A stretch of 63,109 bases of DNA, the filler included. It is 9 parts of 9 records of this genome, joined end to end, with 100 filler letters (N's around TTAATTAATTAA, not from the genome) between each part and the next. Parts side by side here need not be neighbours in the genome. Positions count along the whole stretch, not along the records: positions 1 to 11,963 come from SRR31147125_34187; positions 12,064 to 17,279 come from SRR31147125_34211; 7 more parts are not named here. One strand, 5' to 3'. A model generated the notes under the pieces. That model did no database searches, was not told the DNA's origin, and was given only the letters and a program-made list of their open reading frames with translations. Within the stretch, counting starts at the first letter, position 1. Each line of letters opens with the position of its first letter. Position numbers and translations under genes: made by a program. Of this stretch, positions 1-12,340 are shown piece after piece.

Positions 1-44
1 CTCTCTCTCTCTCTCTCTCTCCCTCCCTCTGTGTGTGTGTGTGT
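1..44 (+). repeat. (CT)n/(GT)n microsatellite inside an intron
   Basis: ctctct...gtgtgt tract before the acceptor CAG at 64-66. Confidence 0.8.
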
Positions 45-66
45 CTCACAACGGAAATCTCTCCAG

Positions 67-3000
67 CACCAATTCTCACCTCGATTACCCCTGCGGCCGG
101 AAAGGAGCAAGGCGGCACTGGTGTCACTCTGATGGGAAAGAATTTTGGCATTGAAACGAATGGACAGCAGGCACCTGATCTGACGCCGCGAACCATTTTC
201 GTTGGAGGTAGTTCGGCCACCCTCGAGGAAATGGAATGCACCAAAGATACGGAACACAGAACTTCATGCTCCGTGTCTGTGATAACCGCGGCAATTGGAT
301 CGGAACAACCCGCTAAGAGAGCGAGTGTTGTCGTCGATGGAATCATGACGGCCCAAGTGGAACCATGGACCCCTCTACCACGTACGTTCTCCACAAGGGA
401 TGCGCACACTCACACACAACCCTAGCCCCCGTTGTGGCCTCGATCACTCCAACACAAGGATCCTGGACTGGAGACACACCTGTTACCATTCTATCATCTG
501 AAGCGGCCATGTTTGGACCCGATGAACGTGTGATGGGACCCTTTGACAAAGATTTCCCCGAAGGAATGCTGGAGGTGTCCGTTGATGGAGTTGAATGTGT
601 CATCAATCAGTTCAGTGACAGGCGGATCGAGTGCAAGGTCGCTTCGACATCTGCCACACCACAATCGGGCAGAGATCTTCAAGTCACAGTGGACGGAGTG
701 TCCGTCATACCCCCTTCATCAAATGGAGATGGCTTGGCCGTGCGTGTGTGTTCTGTTGTCAACAATGCCAACGATGTCCTATGCTCCAGAACCGATTGTG
801 CATTCGATTTCTCCACATGCTGGTCAGGTAGCAGGAGACACAACTGTCTTGGTAATGGGAGAAAACTTCCCAGAAGATACGGCTTCGCCGTTACGTACGG
901 TCGAATTCGTGTGGATGACCGAATTAAGTCAAGTGGGGACACAAGAGGCCATTGTTGTGGCCAGCACTCCGACATCTCTCACGTTCACAACCACGAGTTT
1001 CGTGTTGGCACTTGCATCAGGTGCCCCTATGACGGTTGGAATTGAGATAACTGTGGATCAATTGAACACGAACCGAATCAATGGGAGTGATGGCGACTTC
1101 ATCACGTGGAGGTGGCTAAACGGTGCGTCGGGGGACGTCGATGCACGGTTGAGCTCAGTTCTCTCCACAGCACCTGTCATTAACTTCATTACTCCACATT
1201 CGGGCACTGTATTGGGTCGAACCACTGTCACAATCAACGGAACAAACTTTGGTCCTGTTCAGAACGCCCCCTATCGCACGATATGGATTGGTGAGGTTGA
1301 ATGCACTGACCTCAGCGGGGGTGAGGACTTGCTTCAGTGTGCAACACCCAGTAATCCGAGTGGCATATGTCCGGGTGATCCCCCAACGTGTCTCAACCGC
1401 CGAGTTGAGGTGATCATTGATAAAACGAGTGTGATTGTCGAGGATGTCTGGTCCTTTCTCAAACGTACGTACTGGGGGTCCTTCGTACACATGGGAGCAA
1501 AAGATCTGACTCTCCTACCTACCACTTGGAAGCTCCTGTCATCACAGCTGCCACGCCAACAGCGGGATCCATATCCGGAGGTTCTGAAATTGTCATCTCA
1601 GGGATCAACTTTGGCACAGATGTGGCCCCTCCCCCTCAAGAGGCGTATGTGGATTCCTTGGAATGCCAGATTGTTGCGTCGAACGCCACAAGCATCACTT
1701 GTCTCACAAAGAATCATCTGATTTGTCACAATGTGACATTTGAATCGATTACAAATGTCACACTGGGCAATGAAACGATTGAAGAACGAATTCTGGAGAA
1801 CGTTACCCAGTGCGAGTACATGACAGGAGGAAAAGGCCGTCCTGTGGATGTGATCATTGACGGAGTCTGGCACACGGAGAACAACACGTTCTGGTCCTGG
1901 TTGGAAGGTGCGTACGGCAACTGTCACCATAGAACTGACTGGTTTTTAGCCCCTCAGCTTGATGCACTCACCCCCAGGGCGGGTTCTGTTTTGGGTGAAA
2001 CACTCATCACCATTCTGGGATACAATTTTGGTCCATCGCAACGACCGCCTCCCCGATCCGTCATGGTGGACGGAGAGTTGTGTACCATTCAAGAGGGAAA
2101 CGATACCCAGCTCACATGTCGTACCACGAACAAGGGAGATAGGTCGGGAAGGGATCGCAATGTCACCGTCATAATTGATAGACATGAAGATTGGGTGCTT
2201 GATGCATGGGAATGGCTTCCACGTACGTTCCACTTGAAGATGGGGGATTGCGCATCTGTTCTCATCCGGTTTTCGTCAGTCCCAGTTATTGACCTCGTGA
2301 ACCCAAGAGCAGGACGAGTGGAGGGAGGAACTACAATAACCATTACCGCAATGAATCTTGGACCCGCTGAGGATGCTCCCTCTCGTTCGGTGACCGTGGA
2401 TGGCCAACCCTGCACGAATTTGACCGTACTCAGCCTCACGGAGATTCAATGCATTACCAACAATACGGATAGGGTCGGAACAGGAAAACCAGTCGTGCTG
2501 ACAGTCGATGCGCAACCTAGCTCTCTCTACGTATGGGAATGGCTCGAACGTACGTTGCTTCTACGTCTTCATTCCATTAAGAGTCGTCCATATGGGTCGA
2601 GCCCCCGAGCTTGTATCCATCTTCCCAGATTATGGTTCGATCACGGGAGGCGAGATCATAACTATCTCGGGAGTGAATCTGGGTCCCGAAACCTGGCATC
2701 CCCTTCGCGAGATCACGATTGACGGTCTCGCATGTAGCGATGTGTTTCGTGGGGACACAACACACATAACACAGCTTCTGTGTGAAGTACCCAATGCCGG
2801 TGACAAGAGGGGCGAGGAGCGTCTGGTCATTGTGACAATTGATGGTGTATCAAGCCCGGCACTACCACTGTGGGGATGGCTTGGCCGTGCGTTGTGGGGG
2901 CTGGTTGATCCCTCTCCTTACTTGCTATCAGGCCCAATGTTGGATGAGATCCTTCCAACGGCTGGCCCTGTGGTGGGAGGAACGGAAGTCACAATCTATG

Positions 3001-5697
3001 GAAGCAATTTCGGTCCTATTGACCGTGATGAAGCACAGGGCGTCACAAGACGTGTTTACCTGGATGACGATCAACCATGCATTCTCAGACAAACCAATCC
3101 CTTCTTTGCGGAACCGGGAACACGTAATATCTCGCGCATTATTTGTATGACAACGAATCCACAGGGCAAGTTTGGCGAGAATCGACGCATTACAGTCATT
3201 GTAAACAATCTACCTAGTTTTCCGAACGAGTTCTGGACTTGGTTGAGGAGTGCGTGGCTTCGCACAACCATACGATAATCTGAACTCTTGTCCGCAGCAC
3301 CCTCGGTCCTCTCCATTGTGCCCACTGCTGGACGAATTGCTGGAGGAACCATTGTCACAATTGAGGGAGCCGAATTCGGTCCCGACTTTGGTGGTCCTCC
3401 CCTGCGAGCCGAGATTGATGGACTACCTTGTGCCACCCTTGAAAAATGCAATGGAAGATCTGCCTTGCTTTGTTTGACGCAGCCTGCTGGAAACAGACGA
3501 GGGAGTGGCAAGAATGTTACAGTTATTGTGGATAATGATCCAAGTCCACAAAGCGATAGCGTTTCCTGGACATGGCTGGAGCGTACGTCTCTCTTTTCTT
3601 ATCCCTATCACACATGCACTCATCATCATCCGTCGCAGCACCCGTTATCACAGCACTGACTCCTCCAGGGGGAAAGCGGGAGGGTGGGACAAGCATTACC
3701 ATTTCAGGACGGAACTTCGGTCCCGGTGTGGACGGTCCCGAGCGAGTGGTAATGATTGACAATGAGGCTTGCCATATGCAATCCGTGAACCCATCTTCAA
3801 TTGTGTGCACAACATCGTCAACCACCCACAGCGGAAGGGGCAAACGTGTCATCGTTCTTGTGGACGAGGTGACTACAGAAGGGAATGCACTGTGGAGCTG
3901 GTTGGAAAGTACGTATCAGGGAAATGCACACGTTTGTGTGTGATACGGAATCCATTCTTCAGGTGACGTGTATGAACTTGCCAGTGGAAGTACACTGTCA
4001 CGTACCATTCTTCCTGGAGCCATTCATTATTTCTTTGTTCGATTTGCGCAGAAAATGGGAACGATGGCTCAGTTCTATGCGATGATCACACAAGAGAAGG
4101 GTCATTTCTCTTCTCATATTGCGGCCTTTCTTCTGAGAGGCACCTTGCCCACGACGGATACGTATGATGTGCACCATACCTTTCAAAACGAAATCACGGC
4201 CACAGCTACACTCACTCTTGCTCCAACGGATGTGGAGAACATGATCTATTATGTGGGTGTTCAGGGTACGGGGAGTCTGCCAGCATTGTTCACGATTAGT
4301 ACGGCCATCAAGGGTGCGTGGGGACGGATTGGCAGATGAGAAGAAATCACTATTCCTTCCTATCCAGTGGCCACCAATCTGTCGGGTGGAGGCTTATTTG
4401 TGAATGAACCCGTCGCACCCCTGAATCCGGTTCCCATCTCCTATTTCTTCCTCGATATGCCCCAACTAGGCACGTTGGTTTGTATTCTCGTGGTATAATC
4501 AATCCTTACAGTCTGTCTGCAGATGCTCATATTGCATTACGTGCTACAATTTCAACGCAGGATCCCCAAGAGTCCTTAGGGATCGTTACACGGTGGAAAG
4601 CATTCCCTGACAACGTCCACTACGACGATAGGGCCGATACACACGACGGACGGTCGTGTGTACTGCATCTTAGCTCCAGTCCGGAGCGATATTATCTGGG
4701 AATCATTTCTTATGTGAATTTCACTCTTGATGCCCACATCGGTAGGGCTGATTGGTACGAAAACGATGTGGTTAACTCGAACCATAGATACCACCTCCGT
4801 CCTTTCATCGGGAGAAAGCATTACGTGTGTCTTGGTGCGGGGGGAACATCGTCTCTTTGCCTTTGATGTCACTGCCATTGAGGTGGATGGACGTAGCGTC
4901 TACATTGAAGTCATTTCCGACAACTCAACACAAGGAACTGTTGAATTGTTTGTGAGCCATGGCACATTCCCCTCAATTGACAAACATGACTATGGTTCTG
5001 TGTCCACGAATTCGCTTGCGGCAGTTTTTGCATCCACATGTGGTGATATTTCGGCGTCTGGAATGTGGTATGCGCTTGTAATAGGTCATCCAGAGACAGA
5101 AATGGAGTCAATTCGGTTCTATATGCGCCAAGACTTCTGTACGTCCCAACAGCACCGTCCTGCGGCAATGACTTACTTCCTTTGAATTCATTAGACACAT
5201 CTGAACTTGCTCTTGATGGTTCCTTGACGCATTTCGCTCCGTGTTGTAACGCTATGGTGCAGTTCTCCTTCACAATAGCAGAGAAGACGACTCTACGAAG
5301 TCGTGGGTTCCGTCTTGCTGTGCGACACACGGGAATCATTCGGGATGGCATTCGCCAGGTGGTACTGAGTCACAGCGTTTGTCCCACCGAGACAACCAAG
5401 ATCCACGCCGTGAATGTATCGCTCCCCGGGGATCTGTTCATCCTTGAGAATACACGATTCTTCTCGTCGGGCACATACTACGTAGGGGTGGATTGGGGAC
5501 TGGCTGACAGAGGTCAAGCTGCCATCTCAGTGGAACTCCGTGCGTGGGTGGTGGGCGAGTGCGTGTGCTCCGTACTACTAATACAGCAAGTTTCCCTAGT
5601 TGGAAATGCTGTCGGCAGCCTGGGACCGTCTTGTTCTGTTCTGCTCATGTCAATTGTTGTGGTGACGGTTGTTCTGATGTGTGGGATCCCTGTGTGA
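67..5697 (+). CDS. Eukaryotic multi-exon gene A (5'-partial): at least 11 IPT/TIG domains, about 4 C-terminal beta-rich (PPC-like) modules and a hydrophobic GPI-signal-like tail
   Basis: Repeated P-x-[IV]-x-x-[IV]-x-P-x-x-G-x-x-x-GGT-x-[IV]T[IV]-x-G-x-NFG...C...C...[IV]DG...W-x-WL units. Hand-mapped introns: 382-425, 740-789, 1123-1170, 1465-1532, 1908-1949, 2223-2279, 2550-2601, 2887-2931, 3250-3297, 3583-3638, 3909-3962, 4314-4367, 4470-4522, 4742-4787, 5139-5194, 5540-5590. One C appears to be missing in the run at about 710. TGA at 5695-5697. Confidence 0.85.
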
Positions 5698-5706
5698 GCA
5701 ACTGCT

Positions 5707-8700
5707 TCATTGTACAAGAATGGGGAGAAAAGAAAGCACAAGAGTCAGCCCTATCGCCAACACTGAGAACACGAGGGACGGAATTGCACCAGCGGCGGCC
5801 GTCCCGTCCGTTGTGACTGTGGTTTCACAGTTAGAATGAGCTCATGAACGATGAACAGTAGAAAACGCACGTAATTCAGATGTAAGCGCAAAGGTGGACC
5901 GTTCCTCTCCACTCATCACACCCAGGAAGTACGTGCCAAATGAAAAGAAACGCGTATCACGAATGCGGTAGCGAAACACCTCTCCTGGGAGGGGATCGGT
6001 TGCACGAAGCAAGTGGTCCGTCGCCGTTGGACATGTAGTTGTGCTGAGGAAGAGACCCTCAACAGAATCCACGGATGAAGTAGTGAGCACCACATCAAGA
6101 CCTTGATGGGCCACAAACTGCTCGCGTGAAACACTCAACGTAAAGAAGAACCAGTTTCCACAGCATGTCTGCCGTGTCATACTGCTTCCGGGCGCGAGAA
6201 TCACGGGATCTGTTGTGTCGAGACACGTTCACACCTTCTTCTCCTCCTTCTCCTCCTCCTCATGTGCCCTGTGCATCACGCACCAAGTGAAGCCGTAAGA
6301 ATGAAAGGATGGACCGCTTCTGCATCATCAAAGTCTCCCACAACACTAATGTACCAGATCCCCTCAGCCATGGAGCAGGAATCCACAACGATCTGAATGA
6401 AAGCTCCTACACAGATAGAAGAAGGTCAACAATCCGTGTCAATGGAAGCAAAGTGAATTCCCCACCTCGTGTCTCTGTTTGAATCTGGCGATAGTCGTAA
6501 CTGTCCGATGTTGGCTTTGCATTTCGGCGAAGGAGTAAGGTGACACAACATGCGGTTGACTCCTCCAAAAAGGGCTCAATCTGGAATTCGACCACAAGTG
6601 TGCCGTTCGGGAACGTGGAGGTGCCAGATGAGTCGAGATCGAGCTGTGCAGCCGATATGTCAACGGAGAAGGTCTTTGTCTCGTCGTCATGAATGGTATC
6701 AGCCTCCACACGCCCCAACGTAAGGGCACCGTCCACTTCACACGCAATCAGGAATCCACAAAAAGAACACAAATCTCAAGAGCACGCACATTCTAGGGAC
6801 GTTTCCAGGGCGAATTCGCATAACCCACAACCCAGATTGCCCAGAACGCCAATGTAGTATCTTTCATCCCCCGTTAATGGCCAAGAAAGTTCTTTCCGAC
6901 CATACGCACCTTCCCACGGTTATATCCGCTGGAGAAATTCGAATTTCCAAGGTCGCTTGACCAGGCTCGACAGTGTCAACAAAGTCGAACGAGTCCAGGG
7001 TGGGGAACATGCCACGTTTGATATAGACAGACGGTTGATTGCCCTCAGCAGACGATGTGCGGTGCCACACGGAGAATCGCCTCGAGAGGGGAACGGAGAT
7101 ACGTATGACGAGACGGGCGTTCTCTTCAGTGATATCAAGATAGTAATAGCTGAAGGAGCCCGGTGTCGTCGCGTTTATGAAGAACGGGGCAAGAGGGGTA
7201 GCCTCTGTCGTAGGGTTCAGGGAACAAGTTAGCAATGAATACGGACGGTCACATGGTGTCGTCCTCACGTACGCACCGCGCACACTGGTGGCAACACTGA
7301 ACGGGGTTGAGACGACACCATTCCCCTCAATTCCAACATAAAACAGGGGAACATCCTTCGTACTGGGGGGAAGAGTCAGTGTTCGTTGGCCCGTGCTTTG
7401 AAGTTGGAAGGAGACGTGTGCATCGTAGTCAAAGAGTCGGGGAAGGGACCCTTCTTTCATAAAGGCCTCGATGTATGAGACCACGTCACCAGAGGATTGA
7501 GTAATCGTCACGAAGAGCTGTTTGACGACGGTTTCTGTTCCAGAAGAGCCTTTGTTCACTTCCGAGATGAAATAGAGGAACGAATTGGGAGGGACGGTTG
7601 CCGTCACTTGGGATCCCGGATCAACCGTGGAGATTGCGTCTGGGCGTTCATGCAATCAATCAATCAATCAATCAATGAGTGGGTATGTGGGTGGAGTACA
7701 GCAATAGCAATCATACAATTATACATACCGTCTAGCCAGGTCCATAAGAAGTTCAAAGGTGTGGCCACGTCGTCCACAAACACGGTGAGTCGCCTGTCTT
7801 CATTTGGTCCGCTTTGAATTGTGTGTGTTGTCACACAAATGATTTGAGAGGGTGTAATCGATGAAATGGTACAGTGCTCCTACATAATACAGACAAGGAA
7901 TCTACATGTCAACCCGTCAAGCCATCAGCAAGCAACGCACCAAATCAATTCGTATGCGCCTTTCAGGCCCGTTCTCAGTTGGTCCAAAGCTTGTGCCAAC
8001 AACTGTCACGTCCGTTCCTCCCTCGCGCGTAGCACCCACAGGCTTGATATAGTCAATGGTGGGTGCTAGAAACACAGAACTGAGAAACACGAAGTGGTGG
8101 GGGGACGCACACGATACAACGTACGCTCAAGCCACTCCCATGTCACAGAATCATTTTCGAAACTCGGTTTTCGATCAATAACAACGACCACGGGTCTTCC
8201 TGCCCCTCGATTGGCTCCTGCATTGGGAGTTTGGCAGACAAACTCGTCCTTGAGAGGAGTCTTCAAAGGTCCACTACACACAAGACCGTCGATGAGCACT
8301 TCCACAGGGGGCGCAAGAGTATCGGGGCCAAAGGAACTTCCTCGAACGGTTACGAGCGAGCCACCAGCCGTCTTACCAGCTTGAGGAGTGATGGAGAATA
8401 CATGAGGTGCTACGAGGGATGGCGCGGGTGTAATGAATGGGTCAAGAGGCACTCGAAGGGATCGAACGCACTGCTCAGCCACGTCCAAAAGGAATTCTCG
8501 GGTGATGGTAGCGTATCAATCGTTATGAGAATGTTCTTGTGGCTTCCTATCTTGCCACCCAAATTGGTCGAAGTGCCTGAGGGGACGACGGCAGACACAT
8601 CACGCCTCAGTAACCGCTCCGTACCCAGCCAGGGCAGAGGCACGTACATTCAACGTGAGTTATGAGAGGATCCCCGTGAAACGAGATATCCTCGCAAGGT

Positions 8701-11700
8701 TCTCCGTCAATGAAAATCGTTGTTGCATCCATCACGAATGTGCGGTTGGATGGTCCGAACTCGTCACCAATGACCGTGACTCGTGTACCGCCTTCGTCTG
8801 TTCCCGCAACGGGATTGATACTCGTGACGGTTGGATCTGTATCTCTACGTCAGCCGTCGCATATTCTGTTCGTGCACATACAGGTCAACCACCCCCACAG
8901 CGTGTTGTTGGGGTTGCTGGGTGGAACGCCATCAATAATAACAACAATGGACTTCTCGGGTCCCGTTTTGTTCTGCGACTCGGGAGTTGTGCACGAGAGC
9001 TGTGGTGGGTGGGGTGTGTTCGTGGCACCATCATTATGTGATGTGATGGAGGGGCATCCATACCTTTGATTCCAAGGGTATCTTGTGGATGTCCAAACAT
9101 AGTTCGTCATCTACGTGGATTTCTCTCAAAGGTGGGAAGTCGTCAGGACCAAAGTTCAACCCTGTAATTGTGATCTCTGTCCCTCCCGTCAGTCGACCAT
9201 AATCGGGGAACACCTCCTCCACAAAGGGCACTGTGACGAACGAATGTCATGACAAACAACAACGATTGATTGATCCATCACCTTCCAACCACGACCAGAA
9301 CGGCCCCTCGCCCGTGATGCGGTCCACGATGAGCGTGACATTACGATCCACCCCGGTTTTCCCCTGAGGGTTCTGTGTTCTGCATAAAAGCTTCGTGTCG
9401 TTCAACCATGTCAAATCTTCACAAATTTCCTCATCGATCATCACCAGTCGATCGGGGTGATCGAATTCAGGACCAATTGTGAGTCTGTGTGACGAGGTCA
9501 GTCGTGAGGATTTGGAATGTCCACACATGATGCATACGGAGGAGCAGTCAGCGTCACTTCTGTGCCACCAAAGATGGTTCCGGCTGATGGAGAAACCGAT
9601 ACAATGCTTGATACTGACGAGACAACACGATGATCTTCTTATCTCTCCTCCCCTTGTCCCTTCACGTACATTCTAACCACGACCATATCGGCTGTTCGTT
9701 GGTCTGGTTGTCAATGTTGATCTTAATGACTCTGTCTGCACCATGTTTGGGTGGAGTGTTTGTCGTCGTGCACGTGATTGTTGTATTCCCACTGCCAGTA
9801 AGAATGTCACACGGCTGATCATCAATGGATATCTGCAACACGGGGATGAGATCCCCCAAAGAAAGATGCAAACGGACCTCTCGCGTTGGAAAATCAATCA
9901 GCGGTCCAAAATTCTCTCCCAGAATGGTCACGTTTGTACCACCAAGTACTGAACCTGCGGAAGGCTGCACGTTCGAGACCGTAGGAGCTGGATGATGATG
10001 AAGACACATGAGGGGCAACGTAGTAGAGTAGCACACGGCCGGCCCCTGTTCACGTTAACGCACGGTGCAGCCATGTCCATAACGTATTGTTCTTTTCTTG
10101 GGGTACGCCATCAATCTCAACAACAATGGGTCTGTGTTCCCCTGTGGCTGTATAGTTGCCGCTGAAAGGAATTCGATGGAGTCAAGGGCGGCATGTCATG
10201 TATTGTCGCGTGCATGCACGTACTCCTCTTGTAAGCGGTTGCTCGTCCGACATACAACAGATGTTGGACTTCCCTCCAACAAAGTGCAGGGCTCTCCATC
10301 AACGTTCACATCCCGAGGTGGTGCATTCTCGCTGAGATCCACATCCGCCCACACAACGTGAGTGTGCTTTCACCCCAAGACCAAGACGTACGTGGGACCA
10401 TAGTTTGTCCCCAGGAGTGTAATGATGGTTCCTCCTGGAATACGGCCTGCAATGGGATTGACAGAAAAAAGAGTAGGCGCTGCAGGGTGCAATCAGTCAG
10501 CCGGCCAGTCCGCCAGTCCGCCAGCCCTAACAAACCTTCAAGCCATTCCCATGTGGATATGTTCGTCGTGGGAGTTTCAGTCCCATCAATGGTAACTTTG
10601 ATGCGTTCTCCTTCTCCTTCTCGGCTCTCGGGGTTTGTCGTGGTGCAAACGAGCTGATCTCCACCTCCTTCGATATTAACACACGCCTACCAAGACATTC
10701 CCCAGTCAGACAAGCACGTTCCTTCGATGCCCTTTCCTCCTTACCTGTCCACCAATATCAATGAGTCGGTCGGGAGCAAACGCCACAGGGCCAAAGTTGC
10801 TTCCAAGAACAGTAATGACAGATCCTCCACTTCGTCGCCCGGCTCGAGGATCAATGTCAAGAAAGACAGGAGCTACACACACACGTCAGAGGTCCGATCC
10901 TCAAAGGGCAAATGGGAGAGACAATGCGCACGGGCCAGGAACTCCCACGTCTGCTCCGCCACAGTAGCCTCATCGTCAATGGTAACAACAATAACCTTGT
11001 CTTGACCCGGAACTCTCTCCTCATCGACCGGCATTGTACAAGTCAGTGTCTTAGGTGTGGGATGCGTCAGCCAACACGATCCCATCCAAAGCTGCTCAAC
11101 GCACAATCGCTTCTGGGGCGGGGGTTGGTGATGCAATGGGGCAAGGGATTCCGTCAATGACAATAGAACGAGAGGGCGGATTGGTCACTGGGCCAAAATT
11201 GTCGCCTGTGACCGTGATCAGAGTCCCTCCTACGACCGCTCCCGCTGCAGGTGTCACATTGAACACTTGTGGTTCTGAAAAGGGCTGTGTGATGCGCGTG
11301 CGAGAGTCAGACAACACATTCCACGCACCCGCCAGCCAGGTCCATTGGGACAAGGGGGCAGAAGCGACTCCATCAACCGTAACAATCACGTCCTGTTCCG
11401 TGGCCGGGGCGGCCGCCTCCTGCGTTGTACACATGATCTGTTCGGCCGTGAGGGTATCTCGGTCGATGAGGCAGACGACGAGTCCTCCGTCACCGTCTCC
11501 CAAGGTCACATTAATAACGGGAAAGACTTGATCTGGACTCGGGGGTCCATATCTAGTCCAACCATCGTTGTGAGCCTCGTCGGTTGATTTCCAACCCAAA
11601 CGCACTGAAGGCCACGAATTTGTAGATCGGTACCTCCTCGTATCTTTCCTGCTCCTGGTTGAATGCTTACAACCTCAGGTTCTGCACATGCAAGTAAGAG

Positions 11701-11963
11701 GAGTGCAGCCGTCCTCCTACAACACCCACAAACGCACGTAGCAACCATGCCCAGGAATTGGGGAGAGAGGAGTTCTCAACACCGCCCGGGCCCGTAAGGG
11801 CCACCATCACAGAACTTCCCACACAGAACTCACAACTGCCCACGTTCGGGGTCACACACTCAATCTTCGTCCCGCCTGGTCCGCTATCGGCTCCGATCAC
11901 AAGATCTTCACATAATTCGGGAACGCCGTCCCGCTCTGTAATGGTCACGGCCAGTGCATCCGG
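5707..11963 (-). CDS. Eukaryotic multi-exon gene B (5'-partial), paralog of gene A: about 11 IPT/TIG domains, PPC-like modules, GPI-signal-like tail
   Basis: Same IPT motifs on the minus strand. GT..AG introns include 11737-11682, 11605-11553, 9877-9833, 7728-7640 and 5870-5817 (CTAAC branch site). The last exon reads LTTDGTAAAGAIPSLVFSVLAIGLTLVLSFLPILVQ* with TGA at 5709-5707. Confidence 0.82.
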
Positions 11964-12063
11964 NNNNNNNNNNNNNNNNNNNNNNNNNNNNNNNNNNNNN
12001 NNNNNNNTTAATTAATTAANNNNNNNNNNNNNNNNNNNNNNNNNNNNNNNNNNNNNNNNNNNN
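11964..12063. other. Artificial contig linker; identical linkers at 17280-17379, 25069-25168, 32886-32985, 39179-39278, 47158-47257, 52616-52715, 57864-57963
   Basis: 100-nt N spacers containing TTAATTAATTAA (stops in all six frames). Composition and apparent taxon change across each. Confidence 0.98.
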
Positions 12064-12085
12064 CATCCGGCATTTGCCGGACGTA

Positions 12086-12212
12086 CTCCTCCTGCAAGGA
12101 GGAGAAATGTTCGAGCTACACAATTTATCTTATGAAAATTGACGTAGTTTTGAAAGTCTAATTTCCCCTCCTTCCCGAGGAGGGGGTACCGCGTTTACAG
12201 CGGAGGGGTGGT
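12086..12212. repeat. REP-like palindromic elements
   Basis: ctcctcct-gca-aggaggag (12086-12104) and cccctcct-tcccg-aggagggg (12165-12185), followed by a ggaggggtgg tail. Confidence 0.55.
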
Positions 12213-12340
12213 GTAATTATTGTATTGAAATTTAATTTTATCATTGGTAATGAAGCGAAAGAATCTATTCCATTCTAATTTATTTAATCAGATACTAATG
12301 ATTTTTAATTTCTCTCTCTTTCTCAATATTATTTTCAAAT

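Noticed and set aside
7653-7677. (CAAT)n repeat
   Set aside because: Ordinary microsatellite inside intron 7728-7640
1-11963. Dozens of short overlapping ORFs suggesting pseudogenes or an alternative genetic code
   Set aside because: Explained by short spliceosomal introns; the exons I traced need no stop-codon reassignment
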